Positions 1-9,500 of a stretch of DNA of 63,373 nucleotides are shown here, piece by piece. The first letter of the stretch is position 1. The number at the start of each line of letters is the position of its first letter. Made by a program: the position numbers and the translations under genes. Below the pieces are notes generated by a model, which worked only from the letters and a program-made list of their open reading frames with translations, had not been told where the DNA came from and ran no database searches. The stretch lies in assembly GCA_016220175.1 (NCBI GenBank), contig JACRHZ010000075.1:1-63373 (forward strand), read 5' to 3'. This DNA comes from Candidatus Peregrinibacteria bacterium (GTDB lineage Bacteria > Patescibacteriota > Gracilibacteria > CAIRYL01).

Positions 1-231
1 ATCGAACAAATGTTTTTTAATGAAAAAGAAGACAACGATAACGAAAAACAAACCAGCGCGCCAATCTCGGATAAAAATAAAAACCGTTCCTAGAATAAGT
101 AAGATGCCAGCAATGATAAATGAAACGTCACATATGAGAGCCGAAAGTGTACCGTTCATAGAAGATTGCCACTCTCCTATTAAAAGAAAGATTATTCCTA
201 TTAGAAAAACGATTATTCCTAGATAAAGCAT
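1..231 (-). CDS. Hypothetical membrane protein, 5' part only (runs off the window start)
   Basis: Hand-translated open frame from ATG at 231: MLYLGIIVFLIGIIFLLIGEWQSSMNGTLSALICDVSFIIAGILLILGTVFIFIRDW...; strongly hydrophobic. Confidence 0.5.
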   Translation of the reverse strand, partial: MLYLGIIVFLIGIIFLLIGEWQSSMNGTLSALICDVSFIIAGILLILGTVFIFIRDWRAGLFFVIVVFFFIKKHLFD

Positions 232-235
232 AATT

Positions 236-352
236 TTACTTTATTAAATCACCAACGCTCACATTAAGGGCTTCGCATATTTTCTTGAGCCTATCAAGCA
301 TGCATTGGATTCTAGTTTTTGCCGGTCTCAGTTTCAGCTGGAAATACCCATG
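236..352 (-). pseudogene. Possible frameshifted XRE-family HTH remnant
   Basis: Minus strand gives ...LDRLKKICEALNVSVGDLIK*, typical of an XRE HTH C-terminus; the upstream 'KTRNP' segment is out of frame. Confidence 0.35.
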
Positions 353-356
353 GTTG

Positions 357-1136
357 TCAAAGTCTAGAAGGTTTTCGACGAGTGTAGTAATTATGTAGTT
401 TTCGTTTTCGATTCTTTTTAATTTCCTTCAATCGATATGGTTCGAATCTTTGTAAGTATTCGAAAATGAGCTTTGTTTGAGATTTTGTACTATCTTCGCT
501 ACTAAAATGCCACCATGAATTGCGATTTAATTTTTGTGAAAGTAAATTAAGAATATTTTCAGCAAGTTTAAAAAGTTTCTCAATCTCCTCCGCAGAAAGA
601 GACACCTTCTTTTTTTTGATCTGATCATGAGCTAAATCTTGATTACGAAATTTTTTTAGCTTCCCAATTAAGCTTCCTTTTGTAAATCTTTTCTCATCCA
701 AATTTAGACCATTTGTAAATAAAAGCTCGCGACACTTGTTGAGATCAGTTTCTTTAATGCCATCATAATTTTTAGAAAGTTCATCAATATTCAGTCTTTG
801 GGAATTAGACTCTTTAAATGTTTCCAAGGTCAGCTTTTTTAAATTGGCTTTTGCAAAATTTATAATTTTCACAATTGAAAGAGAATCTGGGTTGGGGTCG
901 AAAAATTTAACAAGTTCAATTGCAAAAATCTTTCGGTGTGCATCCATTGTTGGACCGAAAAAATTTATAAAATTATTCATAGTTTTTACATTTTTTTCTG
1001 CTTGCTTCTTTCCAATTTGGAATGGATCACGAATCTCTTGCATAGCTTCCCAAATTTGAAAATGTTTATATGCAATAAACAACCGCTCATGTGAGCGTTT
1101 TAAAAATTCCCATAACTTTGAAAATTCGTTTTTCAA
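357..1136 (-). CDS. HEPN-domain protein (AbiU2-like), putative RNase
   Basis: Helical, Lys-rich 259 aa ORF with Rx4-6H motif FRNQDLAH; lower GC than neighbours. Confidence 0.6.
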   Translation of the reverse strand: MKNEFSKLWEFLKRSHERLFIAYKHFQIWEAMQEIRDPFQIGKKQAEKNVKTMNNFINFFGPTMDAHRKIFAIELVKFFDPNPDSLSIVKIINFAKANLKKLTLETFKESNSQRLNIDELSKNYDGIKETDLNKCRELLFTNGLNLDEKRFTKGSLIGKLKKFRNQDLAHDQIKKKKVSLSAEEIEKLFKLAENILNLLSQKLNRNSWWHFSSEDSTKSQTKLIFEYLQRFEPYRLKEIKKNRKRKLHNYYTRRKPSRL

Positions 1137-1162
1137 GAGATAAAACTTACTTTTTATAAAAC

Positions 1163-2911
1163 TTACTCCTCCTCCCTCACCTCAATATGGAGCTCCTTGA
1201 TCTGCTCCTCCGGCATTTTTGACGGAGCGCCGAGCATGAGATCCTGTGCGGTTTGGTTTTTTGGGAACGCAATCACTTCCCGAATATTTGGTTCTCCCGC
1301 AAACATCATCACAATCCGATCGAGTCCCGGAGCGCATCCTCCATGCGGCGGCGCTCCATATTCAAACGCGCGGAGCATGTGTCCAAATCTTCTGTCCGCA
1401 TCTTCTTTCGAAATTCGGAGAATATCAAAAATCTGCGCTTGGAGTTCGGATTCGTGAATTCGGATCGAACCTCCTCCGAGTTCCACGCCGTTCAAAACGA
1501 TGTCATACGCTTCCGCACGAGCTTTTAAAGGTTCATTTGCGAGCAAATGCTGATCTTCTTTCAGCGGTCTGGTAAACGGATGATGCACCGCGCCAATTTG
1601 TCCTTCGGAATTCATTTCAAACATTGGAAATTCATACACCCAAAGATACGCAAAATTATTCGGATCTTTGAGGTTGAAGACATCTCCCAAGCTTGAGCGA
1701 ATTGCACCGAGCGGAGAAACTGCAGTTTCAAAATTTCCGGCGCCGAAGAGAAGGAGATCACCTTTTTCAGAATTCGTTTTTTTCGTAATTTTTTCCAAAA
1801 ATTCTTTGGAACAGTATTTTGCGACTGGTCCGGATTCTTCTCCCACTCGAAACCATGCAAGCCCTCCGGCTCCATTTTTCTTCGCGAGTTCCGTATAGTC
1901 ATCAATCATTTTTCTCGTCACTTCTCCATGTTTTTTCGGAACCGGAAGCACAAACACATATTCCGAATTTTCAAAAACTCCAAATCCACATTTTTCTTTT
2001 TCGCTCGAAATATTGACGAGTTTTAGATCAAATCGCATATCTGGTTTATCGACGCCGTATGTGCTCATCGCGTCGTGATACGTCATTCGGGGAAATTTCT
2101 TTGGGAATTTCTTTCCCGTTGTATGTTTTTCCGTAATTTCTAAAAAATATCGTTCGATCACGTCCATCACATCTTCCTGATTCACAAAACTCATTTCGAG
2201 GTCGAGTTGCGTAAACTCCGGCTGACGATCTCCGCGCTGATCTTCATCGCGAAAACATCGCGGAATTTGGAAATAGCGATCTATTCCTGCAACCATGAGG
2301 AGTTGTTTCAGCTGTTGCGGAGATTGCGGAAGTACATAAAAATCTCCGGGATAGAGTCTGCTTGGAACGAGGTATTCACGAGAACCTTCAGGCGTTCCCT
2401 TAATGAGAATTGGCGTTTCGATTTCGAGAAATCCTTCATTCTCAAAAAATTTTCGTGTCGTTTTGAAAATTTCCGACCTCAAAATGAGATTATTTTTCAC
2501 TCGCTCACGACGAATATCAAGGTAGCGATATTTCAGGCGAAGCTCTTCTTTTACTTCCATTTCCTGATCGATTTCAAATGGCGGAGTTTTTGCACGATTC
2601 AAAAATTCGAGTTCCGTCACTTCGATTTCAATTTTCCCGGTTTTTATTTTTTCATTTGTCTGACCTTCCGGACGCATTCTCACTTTTCCCTGAACTTTGA
2701 TCACATATTCCGGACGAAGCTCTTCGGCAAGCGAAAAATTCTTTTTCAGGATATCGGGATGAAAAACGACTTGTGTAAGCCCATAACGATCGCGAAGATC
2801 GACAAAAATTACACCGCCATGATCGCGTCTTCTGTGAACCCAACCGCACAGCGTGGTTTCGGTTTTTACATGTTTTTCGGTCAGTTCTCCGCAGGTATGT
2901 GTTCTCAGCAT
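1163..2911 (-). CDS. aspS: Aspartate-tRNA ligase
   Basis: MLRTHTCG start, RRRDHGGVIFVDLRD, LPQSPQ, CFRDED, GAPPHGG motifs. Confidence 0.98.
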   Translation of the reverse strand: MLRTHTCGELTEKHVKTETTLCGWVHRRRDHGGVIFVDLRDRYGLTQVVFHPDILKKNFSLAEELRPEYVIKVQGKVRMRPEGQTNEKIKTGKIEIEVTELEFLNRAKTPPFEIDQEMEVKEELRLKYRYLDIRRERVKNNLILRSEIFKTTRKFFENEGFLEIETPILIKGTPEGSREYLVPSRLYPGDFYVLPQSPQQLKQLLMVAGIDRYFQIPRCFRDEDQRGDRQPEFTQLDLEMSFVNQEDVMDVIERYFLEITEKHTTGKKFPKKFPRMTYHDAMSTYGVDKPDMRFDLKLVNISSEKEKCGFGVFENSEYVFVLPVPKKHGEVTRKMIDDYTELAKKNGAGGLAWFRVGEESGPVAKYCSKEFLEKITKKTNSEKGDLLLFGAGNFETAVSPLGAIRSSLGDVFNLKDPNNFAYLWVYEFPMFEMNSEGQIGAVHHPFTRPLKEDQHLLANEPLKARAEAYDIVLNGVELGGGSIRIHESELQAQIFDILRISKEDADRRFGHMLRAFEYGAPPHGGCAPGLDRIVMMFAGEPNIREVIAFPKNQTAQDLMLGAPSKMPEEQIKELHIEVREEE

Positions 2912-3016
2912 AGAAAAGAAAAAATAGCAGGGGGGATTTTCTCGTGTTTCTGCGGAAAAGGCAACGAAAATCAACTCCGCTGAAGCGGAGTCAATTACGA
3001 ATTACGAGTTGATTCT

Positions 3017-3283
3017 TTACATATTGAGACTTTTATAAAAATTTTCACGAGCTCCGATGGCAACAATAAGAATTTCTTTCTCAATTTTATAAACAATGCG
3101 ATACTCGACTCCTCTGTAAGAGAAATGATGAGAAAAGAGCCCTCGTAATGTACCGCCAAGAGTTCTTGCTTTTTGGTACGGGTTGGTCTGGATTTTCAGT
3201 GTTTCCAGTTTTATTTTTTCTTCAAGTTCTTGAGAAGACTTTTTGATGAATTTTTGCGCTTGCCGGAGGAAGAAGATTTCCAT
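3017..3283 (-). CDS. RelE/ParE-family toxin
   Basis: 88 aa basic protein with EYRIVY and IGARENFY motifs. Confidence 0.8.
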   Translation of the reverse strand: MEIFFLRQAQKFIKKSSQELEEKIKLETLKIQTNPYQKARTLGGTLRGLFSHHFSYRGVEYRIVYKIEKEILIVAIGARENFYKSLNM

Positions 3284-3504
3284 TTTTTTTGCCCAAATAC
3301 CTCCTCAAATGTATATCGCTCTCCTGTTTTTTTATAATGCTTGAGTTCTTGAAGAATAAATTCTTCTTCTTTTTTTGCCAAATAGTCTTGTGCACGGAAA
3401 TAATACTCCACAGCAGTATTCACGACTTTGCTTTTATTCGCAGCAGAAGTGACTTTTCCCCAGTTTTGAGGAGTGAAAGAAATGGTGCTTCTGACGACAC
3501 TCAT
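3211..3504 (-). CDS. Putative antitoxin (RHH-like)
   Basis: Small ORF upstream of and overlapping the toxin; NKSKVVNTAVEYY, C-terminal YTFEEVFG. Confidence 0.65.
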   Translation of the reverse strand: MSVVRSTISFTPQNWGKVTSAANKSKVVNTAVEYYFRAQDYLAKKEEEFILQELKHYKKTGERYTFEEVFGQKKWKSSSSGKRKNSSKSLLKNLKKK

Positions 3505-3688
3505 AGGATTAGAATAGTATTACGAATATATCATATCGTAATACTATACAAAAGTCAAAAAAAATAGGAATTTTCTGTCGACGAACCCCGACGACAGAAT
3601 CGCAAGTTCTATCGAGTGTTGCCTGCGATCAATATCGCTCACAATCTTGAATTCAAAATTCAAAATTCAAAATTTAGAATTTAAAATT

Positions 3689-4960
3689 TTACCGAATTTT
3701 TCCCTGAAACTTCGCTTTTTTCCCGAGCATCGTCTCAATCCGAAGCAGCTGATTATACTTCGCAATTCGTTCACTTCGGCAGAGTGAACCGGTTTTGATT
3801 TGACCGGTCAAAAGTCCGACCGCGAGATCAGCAATCGTCGTGTCTTCCGTTTCTCCACTGCGGTGGCTGATAACGCTCGTCCACTTTGCATTTTTTGCCA
3901 TTCCGACGGTTTCAATGGTTTCAGAAAGTGTTCCGATTTGATTCACTTTGATGAGCGCCGAATTCACGCATTTTCGCACAATCGCCATCTGAACTCTTCG
4001 TGGATTCGTGACGAGCAAATCATCGCCCACAATTTGGATTTTGTCTCCAATTGCTTTTGTAAGAGCGGTAAACGCATCCCAATCATCTTCAAAAAATGGA
4101 TCTTCGATCGAAATAATTGGATATTTTTCTACGAGCGAAGAATAGAATACGAGCATTTCCTCCGCAGTTTTATATTCTCCACGAATTTTATAGCCCTTTC
4201 CTTCTTCATAAAATTCCGAAGCGGCAGCATCGAGCGCGATCTGAATTTTTCCATCATGTCCCGCTTCATGAATCGCCTCCAGAATCACTTCAATAGCTTC
4301 TTCATTGGTTTTAAAATGAGGAGCAAATCCGCCTTCATCGCCAACTGCCGTCACCATTTTTCGTGCCGCAAGAATTTTTTTGAGATGGTGAAATGTTTCT
4401 GATCCCATTCTCAGTGCTTCAGAAAAATTTTCCGCGCCGGTTGAAAAAATCATAAATTCTTGAATTTCCATTCCCGAATCCGCGTGAGCTCCACCATTCA
4501 CGACGTTCATCATCGGAGTTGGAAGTAAATTTGGAGATGAATTTCCAGCAAGATGTCCAAAATATTCGAAGAGGGGAATACTCTTCTCCAGTGCTGTTGC
4601 CTTCGCTGTCGCGAGTGAAACTCCGAGAATTGCATTCGCTCCGAGTCGTTCCTTATTCATCGTTCCATCGAGATCAATCATCGTCTGATCGATTTTTTTT
4701 TGTTCTTCGCTTTCCATTCCGATCACAGCTTTTGCAATTTCTGTATTCACATTCTGAACCGCTTTCAAAACTCCTTTTCCGAGATAGCGATTCTTGTCTC
4801 CATCTCGAAGTTCCACAGCTTCATGAGCTCCAGTGGAAGCTCCAGAAGGAACAATTGCGCGAGCATTTGCACCACTTTCCAGTTGTACTTCTACTTCTAC
4901 CGTCGGATTTCCACGAGAATCGAGAACTTCAAGAGTGTGGATGTGGGTGATACGAGACAT
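3689..4960 (-). CDS. eno: Enolase
   Basis: [25 protein letters not shown] motifs. Confidence 0.98.
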   Translation of the reverse strand: MSRITHIHTLEVLDSRGNPTVEVEVQLESGANARAIVPSGASTGAHEAVELRDGDKNRYLGKGVLKAVQNVNTEIAKAVIGMESEEQKKIDQTMIDLDGTMNKERLGANAILGVSLATAKATALEKSIPLFEYFGHLAGNSSPNLLPTPMMNVVNGGAHADSGMEIQEFMIFSTGAENFSEALRMGSETFHHLKKILAARKMVTAVGDEGGFAPHFKTNEEAIEVILEAIHEAGHDGKIQIALDAAASEFYEEGKGYKIRGEYKTAEEMLVFYSSLVEKYPIISIEDPFFEDDWDAFTALTKAIGDKIQIVGDDLLVTNPRRVQMAIVRKCVNSALIKVNQIGTLSETIETVGMAKNAKWTSVISHRSGETEDTTIADLAVGLLTGQIKTGSLCRSERIAKYNQLLRIETMLGKKAKFQGKIR

Positions 4961-5072
4961 AAAATTGGGTGTGAGAATCTGGTAGAATTGTAAGTGAGGA
5001 AACGAAAAGTACAAAGTACAAAGTACAAAATTAAAAAGTAGATAATGATTTTGTACTTTGTACTTTGTACTT

Positions 5073-5444
5073 TTAGCTTTGTACTTCGGCGTATCCGCTC
5101 ATTCTCACTGCCACCTGCCCGATGATCGGAATCTTAAAGAATTTTCCTCTTGCGGCAAAAAATCCAACGAGGAAAAGTAAAGTAATTCCCACGGGAAGTG
5201 GAAAAAAAATTGATTTCAGAAAAAACTCATTTGGTTCTCCAGCTTCGAGTGCACGAATTGTATTTTGCACGTACCACAAATAAAAAATAACATCGAGAAG
5301 CGCAAAAGAAGTATTAAGAATGAGCGCTTGCCATAAGTGAAATAACGTCAGCGTATTTTTTTTCTCCTCCATAAGAATTCCCACAAACGCAATGGCTCCA
5401 AAGAAATACGCGAAGAAAATGAAAAATCTCGGATACTTCTCCAT
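5073..5444 (-). CDS. DUF4870-like small membrane protein
   Basis: Hydrophobic; FHLWQAL and [10 protein letters not shown] pattern. Confidence 0.6.
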   Translation of the reverse strand: MEKYPRFFIFFAYFFGAIAFVGILMEEKKNTLTLFHLWQALILNTSFALLDVIFYLWYVQNTIRALEAGEPNEFFLKSIFFPLPVGITLLFLVGFFAARGKFFKIPIIGQVAVRMSGYAEVQS

Positions 5445-5599
5445 ATATATTTCAAAGTAACAGTTTTCGTAAAATTCGCACTTCCATCTCCAAATGTATC
5501 ATACACTCAAAGCGTAATTTTAAAGAATGATGCTGATCGAGAACTTGTCTTCTTTTTACAAATCTTTTACCGTATGCATTGACGTCATGTATCGACATT

Positions 5600-7108
5600 A
5601 TGCGCAAGATTCCTGTTACGATGGCTACCCAACATCCGGATAACGCCTGCAAGACATATTTTACGGGGAAAAGGGCACTTTCTTCTCAAGATGAGATTGA
5701 AGAGTGTTATCGATGTTTTTCAGAACTCGGAATTCACGAATACATGTGGGATTGGGAAGGGAAATTTGTCGATGAAGCCGTTGTGGATCGCCTCTACAAC
5801 ACCTATCATGATTATTTTCAGAAGCATCCACTTGGACGTGATGAGTTTCTGACATTCCGCATTCCGAATATCTGGATTGAATCAAGCCATAAACTCCCAA
5901 GAGCATTTATGAATCTGCTTTCTTCTGAGAAGGCCGCTCTTCATTATAAATTTCATTCGCCGCCACTTTTTGAAATTATTCTTCCGATGACGACGCGAGC
6001 AGATCAGCTCATATATCTCCAAAAAGCGTTTTCTAAAATTGCAACCGCGACGGAAGAAATTTTTGAGCTGAAAACGGTTCTCTCCGTGCTCAGTATTATT
6101 CCGCTTTTTGAAGAGCTCAAAATTGTGGAAAAAGCGCCAGAAATTTTGCGAGAATATGTCCATTTTTTGAAAGAGGAATATGACGCGTATCCCGAATATC
6201 TCCGAGTATTTACCGCACGAAGTGATCCAGCACTCAATGCCGGATTCCTTTCAGCAAAACTCATGAATAAACTCGCGCTCCATCTCTATCAGGAATTCGA
6301 ATCTGAGAGTGGAATTCCTGTGTATCCCATTGTTGGAGCTGGTTCGCTCCCATTTCGAGGAGGACTCAATCCGGAAAATATTGATGCTGCCATCGAAGAG
6401 TACAAAGGTGTTGCCACTCTTACGATTCAGAGTGCATTTCGATACGATTACGATTATGAAACTGTAAAAAAAATAATCGAAAAAATAAATACCGAAATTC
6501 CAAAAAATAGGGGAAAATCGCAAAAAATTTCCCCAGAAGAACAAAAACTTTTAAGGAAATTTACGAATGCAGCGGAAAAATTTTATCGCCCTATAATTGA
6601 AAGTTCTGCGGAGATGATCAATGCTGTCGCGGAAAAGCTTCCATCTCATCGAGAAAGAGTCCTTCACATTGGTCTTTTTGGATATTCTCGAGGAATGGGA
6701 AAAGTGCAGCTTCCGAGAGCGATTCATTTTACGGGAGCTCTCTATTCACTCGGGGTTCCCCCCGAACTCATTGGATCGGGAAGAGCTCTCAGATTCGCAA
6801 AAGAACAAGGAATGTTGGACCTTATCAATACACTCTGTCCGTATTTGAAAGAAGATTTTCGTCATGCTGGACATTATTTGAATCGTGAAAATCTCGATCA
6901 TCTCTGCAAAGAAGATCCGCTGTGGGAAGAAGTGAAAAATGAAATTCAGGATATTGAAAAACACGTAGGAATTCCAATCGGACCTGAAGAATCTCACCAT
7001 ATCATCCACCGAAACTTTACTTCAAACATTTATCATAAATTGAAAATTGGTGAGGATTTTTCCGAAGATATTTTGCAAGCGGCAGAGATTCGAAAATCAC
7101 TTGGATAA
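5600..7108 (+). CDS. ppcA: Archaeal-type phosphoenolpyruvate carboxylase
   Basis: IPVTMATQHPDN, MWDWEGK, GSLPFRG, GLFGYSR, LPRAI motifs; ~500 aa. Confidence 0.93.
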   Translation: MRKIPVTMATQHPDNACKTYFTGKRALSSQDEIEECYRCFSELGIHEYMWDWEGKFVDEAVVDRLYNTYHDYFQKHPLGRDEFLTFRIPNIWIESSHKLPRAFMNLLSSEKAALHYKFHSPPLFEIILPMTTRADQLIYLQKAFSKIATATEEIFELKTVLSVLSIIPLFEELKIVEKAPEILREYVHFLKEEYDAYPEYLRVFTARSDPALNAGFLSAKLMNKLALHLYQEFESESGIPVYPIVGAGSLPFRGGLNPENIDAAIEEYKGVATLTIQSAFRYDYDYETVKKIIEKINTEIPKNRGKSQKISPEEQKLLRKFTNAAEKFYRPIIESSAEMINAVAEKLPSHRERVLHIGLFGYSRGMGKVQLPRAIHFTGALYSLGVPPELIGSGRALRFAKEQGMLDLINTLCPYLKEDFRHAGHYLNRENLDHLCKEDPLWEEVKNEIQDIEKHVGIPIGPEESHHIIHRNFTSNIYHKLKIGEDFSEDILQAAEIRKSLG

Positions 7109-7129
7109 GAGTCAATTACGAATTACGAA

Positions 7130-8452
7130 TTAACTTCCCACGTATTCCTCTATCGCATTCTTCAGTGTCGAATACGTTTTTTTCCTCCTCTCATCATCTC
7201 GATCAAGAGTCGTGAGACGGAAACCATGATACGGACTGAAAAATCCAGAAGCTGGAACCACGCAAATTCCGGTGGTTGCGAGGAGATAATAAGTAAATCG
7301 TTGATCCAGTGGGAATCCCGGGCGAGAAACTTCTTTTTCTATAAATTTTTGAACTTCTTCATTTTCAATGTGGAGCTTCTGCTTATCGTTTAAAATTCCT
7401 TTCTGAAAAAGCGGCATCATATAAAATGCTCCATTTGTTCTATTTACCTTCATTTCTTGAGCTTGAGAAAGAATATCTGCGATAAAATTCCCGTTTTTTT
7501 CAAGTTCTGAATTATAATGTTGAATCCATGCATCAAACTCAGGATGATCATAAATTCGCGACAAAATAAATTGCGGGAGACTTACAGAGCACACTTCCAT
7601 AAGAACTCTTTTTTTCACTCCTTCCGCGTATGAACGAAAATCAGGATCTCTGTCAACATTATGAAATTCAAGCCATCCAGATCTTCCTCCCGGCCATGGA
7701 ACGTCTTTTGAAATTCCCCTCATCACCACAAGTGGAACTCGATTCTGAGCGATTTCCGTAATTTGTGCATATGTATGCCCATTGTATACCATGCGAAAAT
7801 ACACTTCATCAGAAATCAGCATGAGGTGATATTTTTCAGCAATTTGCACGATTTTCTCGAGTGTTTCTGGGCTGTACACAGCGCCTGTTGGATTATTCGG
7901 ATTAATAATAAGAATTCCGGTGACTTCTGGATGTGCTTTTACCTGTGATTCTAAATGTTCTATATTCGGCTGCCAGTTATTTTCCGGATCGAGCATATAC
8001 GAAATAGGCTCTTTCCCAGATGAAAAAGATTCCATCGAAGCATGAGTTGGATAACTTGGAGTTGGTTGCAAAATTCGACTTCCTTCGGGGAGCATGTGAT
8101 AGAGTGCAGAAATTCCGGCTCCGAGTCCGCTCACAAAAAGAACATATTCATAATCGAGTTTTGAAGATGGAGAAAAACGTTTGGCATAATCAACAACCCA
8201 CTTTCTCGCTTCAGGAAGTCCCCTCGAATGAGAATATCCGAACACTTTATCTCCCGGTTTTTGCACTTCTTTTACAATAATTTCTTTGAGGAATGGCGGC
8301 ACCGTCCAACTCTTTGCAATGGGATCTCCAATATTTTCTGAAATAAATTGGAAATGGGGATCCATTTCAGCTAACTTTTGCGCAACATCTACGATTTCAC
8401 GGATGCCATATTTGAGGAGATGGACTTTTGGATTTGAGAGAGAATTGCGCAT
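7130..8452 (-). CDS. PLP-dependent class I/II aminotransferase (AlaA-like)
   Basis: INPNNPTG, SDEVY, GISK..PGGRSGW motifs. Confidence 0.9.
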   Translation of the reverse strand: MRNSLSNPKVHLLKYGIREIVDVAQKLAEMDPHFQFISENIGDPIAKSWTVPPFLKEIIVKEVQKPGDKVFGYSHSRGLPEARKWVVDYAKRFSPSSKLDYEYVLFVSGLGAGISALYHMLPEGSRILQPTPSYPTHASMESFSSGKEPISYMLDPENNWQPNIEHLESQVKAHPEVTGILIINPNNPTGAVYSPETLEKIVQIAEKYHLMLISDEVYFRMVYNGHTYAQITEIAQNRVPLVVMRGISKDVPWPGGRSGWLEFHNVDRDPDFRSYAEGVKKRVLMEVCSVSLPQFILSRIYDHPEFDAWIQHYNSELEKNGNFIADILSQAQEMKVNRTNGAFYMMPLFQKGILNDKQKLHIENEEVQKFIEKEVSRPGFPLDQRFTYYLLATTGICVVPASGFFSPYHGFRLTTLDRDDERRKKTYSTLKNAIEEYVGS

Positions 8453-8648
8453 AGAAAAATCTTAAAAAAATGAGGAATATTTTCTCGGAAAAAAGACTCG
8501 CTCATTGTAGGAAATGTCCTCAAGAAATTCAAAGAAAAAATACACCTTCTCTCGTCTCCAGATTTTTCATTGTTCTCACCAAACGCGTAGTTGTATTCTG
8601 GAGAGGAAGATGATACCTTTACGCCTTATTATTTTACGTACTCGTTCT

Positions 8649-9440
8649 ATGGACGCTCCTCAAAAAGTTATTTCTGCTCTTAGAAGCATTGGACTCAATG
8701 ATAAAGAAGTTCATCTCTACGTTGAAATGCTTACGATTGGCGCTCAGCCCGCTTCTGTTCTTGCAAGAAAAATAAATTTGCCGAGAAGCAGTACACAATT
8801 CCTTGCAGAATCGCTCGTAGCGAAAGGAATTGTCAGCAAACATCATAAACAGCGCATTACACTATACCAGCCAATTCAAGCCGAAGACCTGATGCGAATG
8901 CTCGAAAAAGAGAAGACAGAAATGATGAACAACTTTGAAGAAAAAGAGAAGCAACTTTTATTCGCAGTTTCCGAACTGAAGAAATTGAAAAAACATGAAT
9001 TTTCAAAACCGAAATTAAGTTTTTATGAGGGAACTCAAGGAATTAAAATGGTGTATGAGGATACGCTTTCCGCCAAGGAACCAGTTCGAGCTCTTGCAAA
9101 TTTTGAAGAGCGACTCAAGTTTCTTCCGGATTATTTTAAAGAATATTACAAGCGTCGGAAAAAAGCAGGCGTCTATATGATGGCCATTTATCCGGATACT
9201 CCATTTGGGAAAGGGAGAAAGGCTGCGGATCCGGAGTGTTATCGGGAATCGCAAATCATTGATCACAAAAAGTACCTTTGGGAACCAGAAATTCAAATTT
9301 ATGATAATAAAGTAACAATTGCATCTGGGAGAAATCGCATCGGAACCATTATTGAAGATGCCGAAATCGCCCAAGCCATGAAAGTGCTTTTTGATTTGGC
9401 ATGGGAAGGAATCAAGAAGCGAGGAAAGAATTTACGGTAA
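8649..9440 (+). CDS. TrmB-family transcriptional regulator
   Basis: LRSIGLNDKEVHLY wHTH, FYEGTQGIK, IYDNKV..IIED; a common CPR family. Confidence 0.85.
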   Translation: MDAPQKVISALRSIGLNDKEVHLYVEMLTIGAQPASVLARKINLPRSSTQFLAESLVAKGIVSKHHKQRITLYQPIQAEDLMRMLEKEKTEMMNNFEEKEKQLLFAVSELKKLKKHEFSKPKLSFYEGTQGIKMVYEDTLSAKEPVRALANFEERLKFLPDYFKEYYKRRKKAGVYMMAIYPDTPFGKGRKAADPECYRESQIIDHKKYLWEPEIQIYDNKVTIASGRNRIGTIIEDAEIAQAMKVLFDLAWEGIKKRGKNLR

Positions 9441-9500
9441 CCACAAAATAGCAGTTTTTAAGGGGAAATGGATTTTCATCGAAAATATTTTTGCCAATTT

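Noticed and set aside
2207..2983. Long antisense/shadow ORFs (also 3800-4402, 17188-17838, 26076-26747, 61466-62077)
   Set aside because: They overlap well-supported housekeeping genes on the opposite strand and contain no recognisable motifs.
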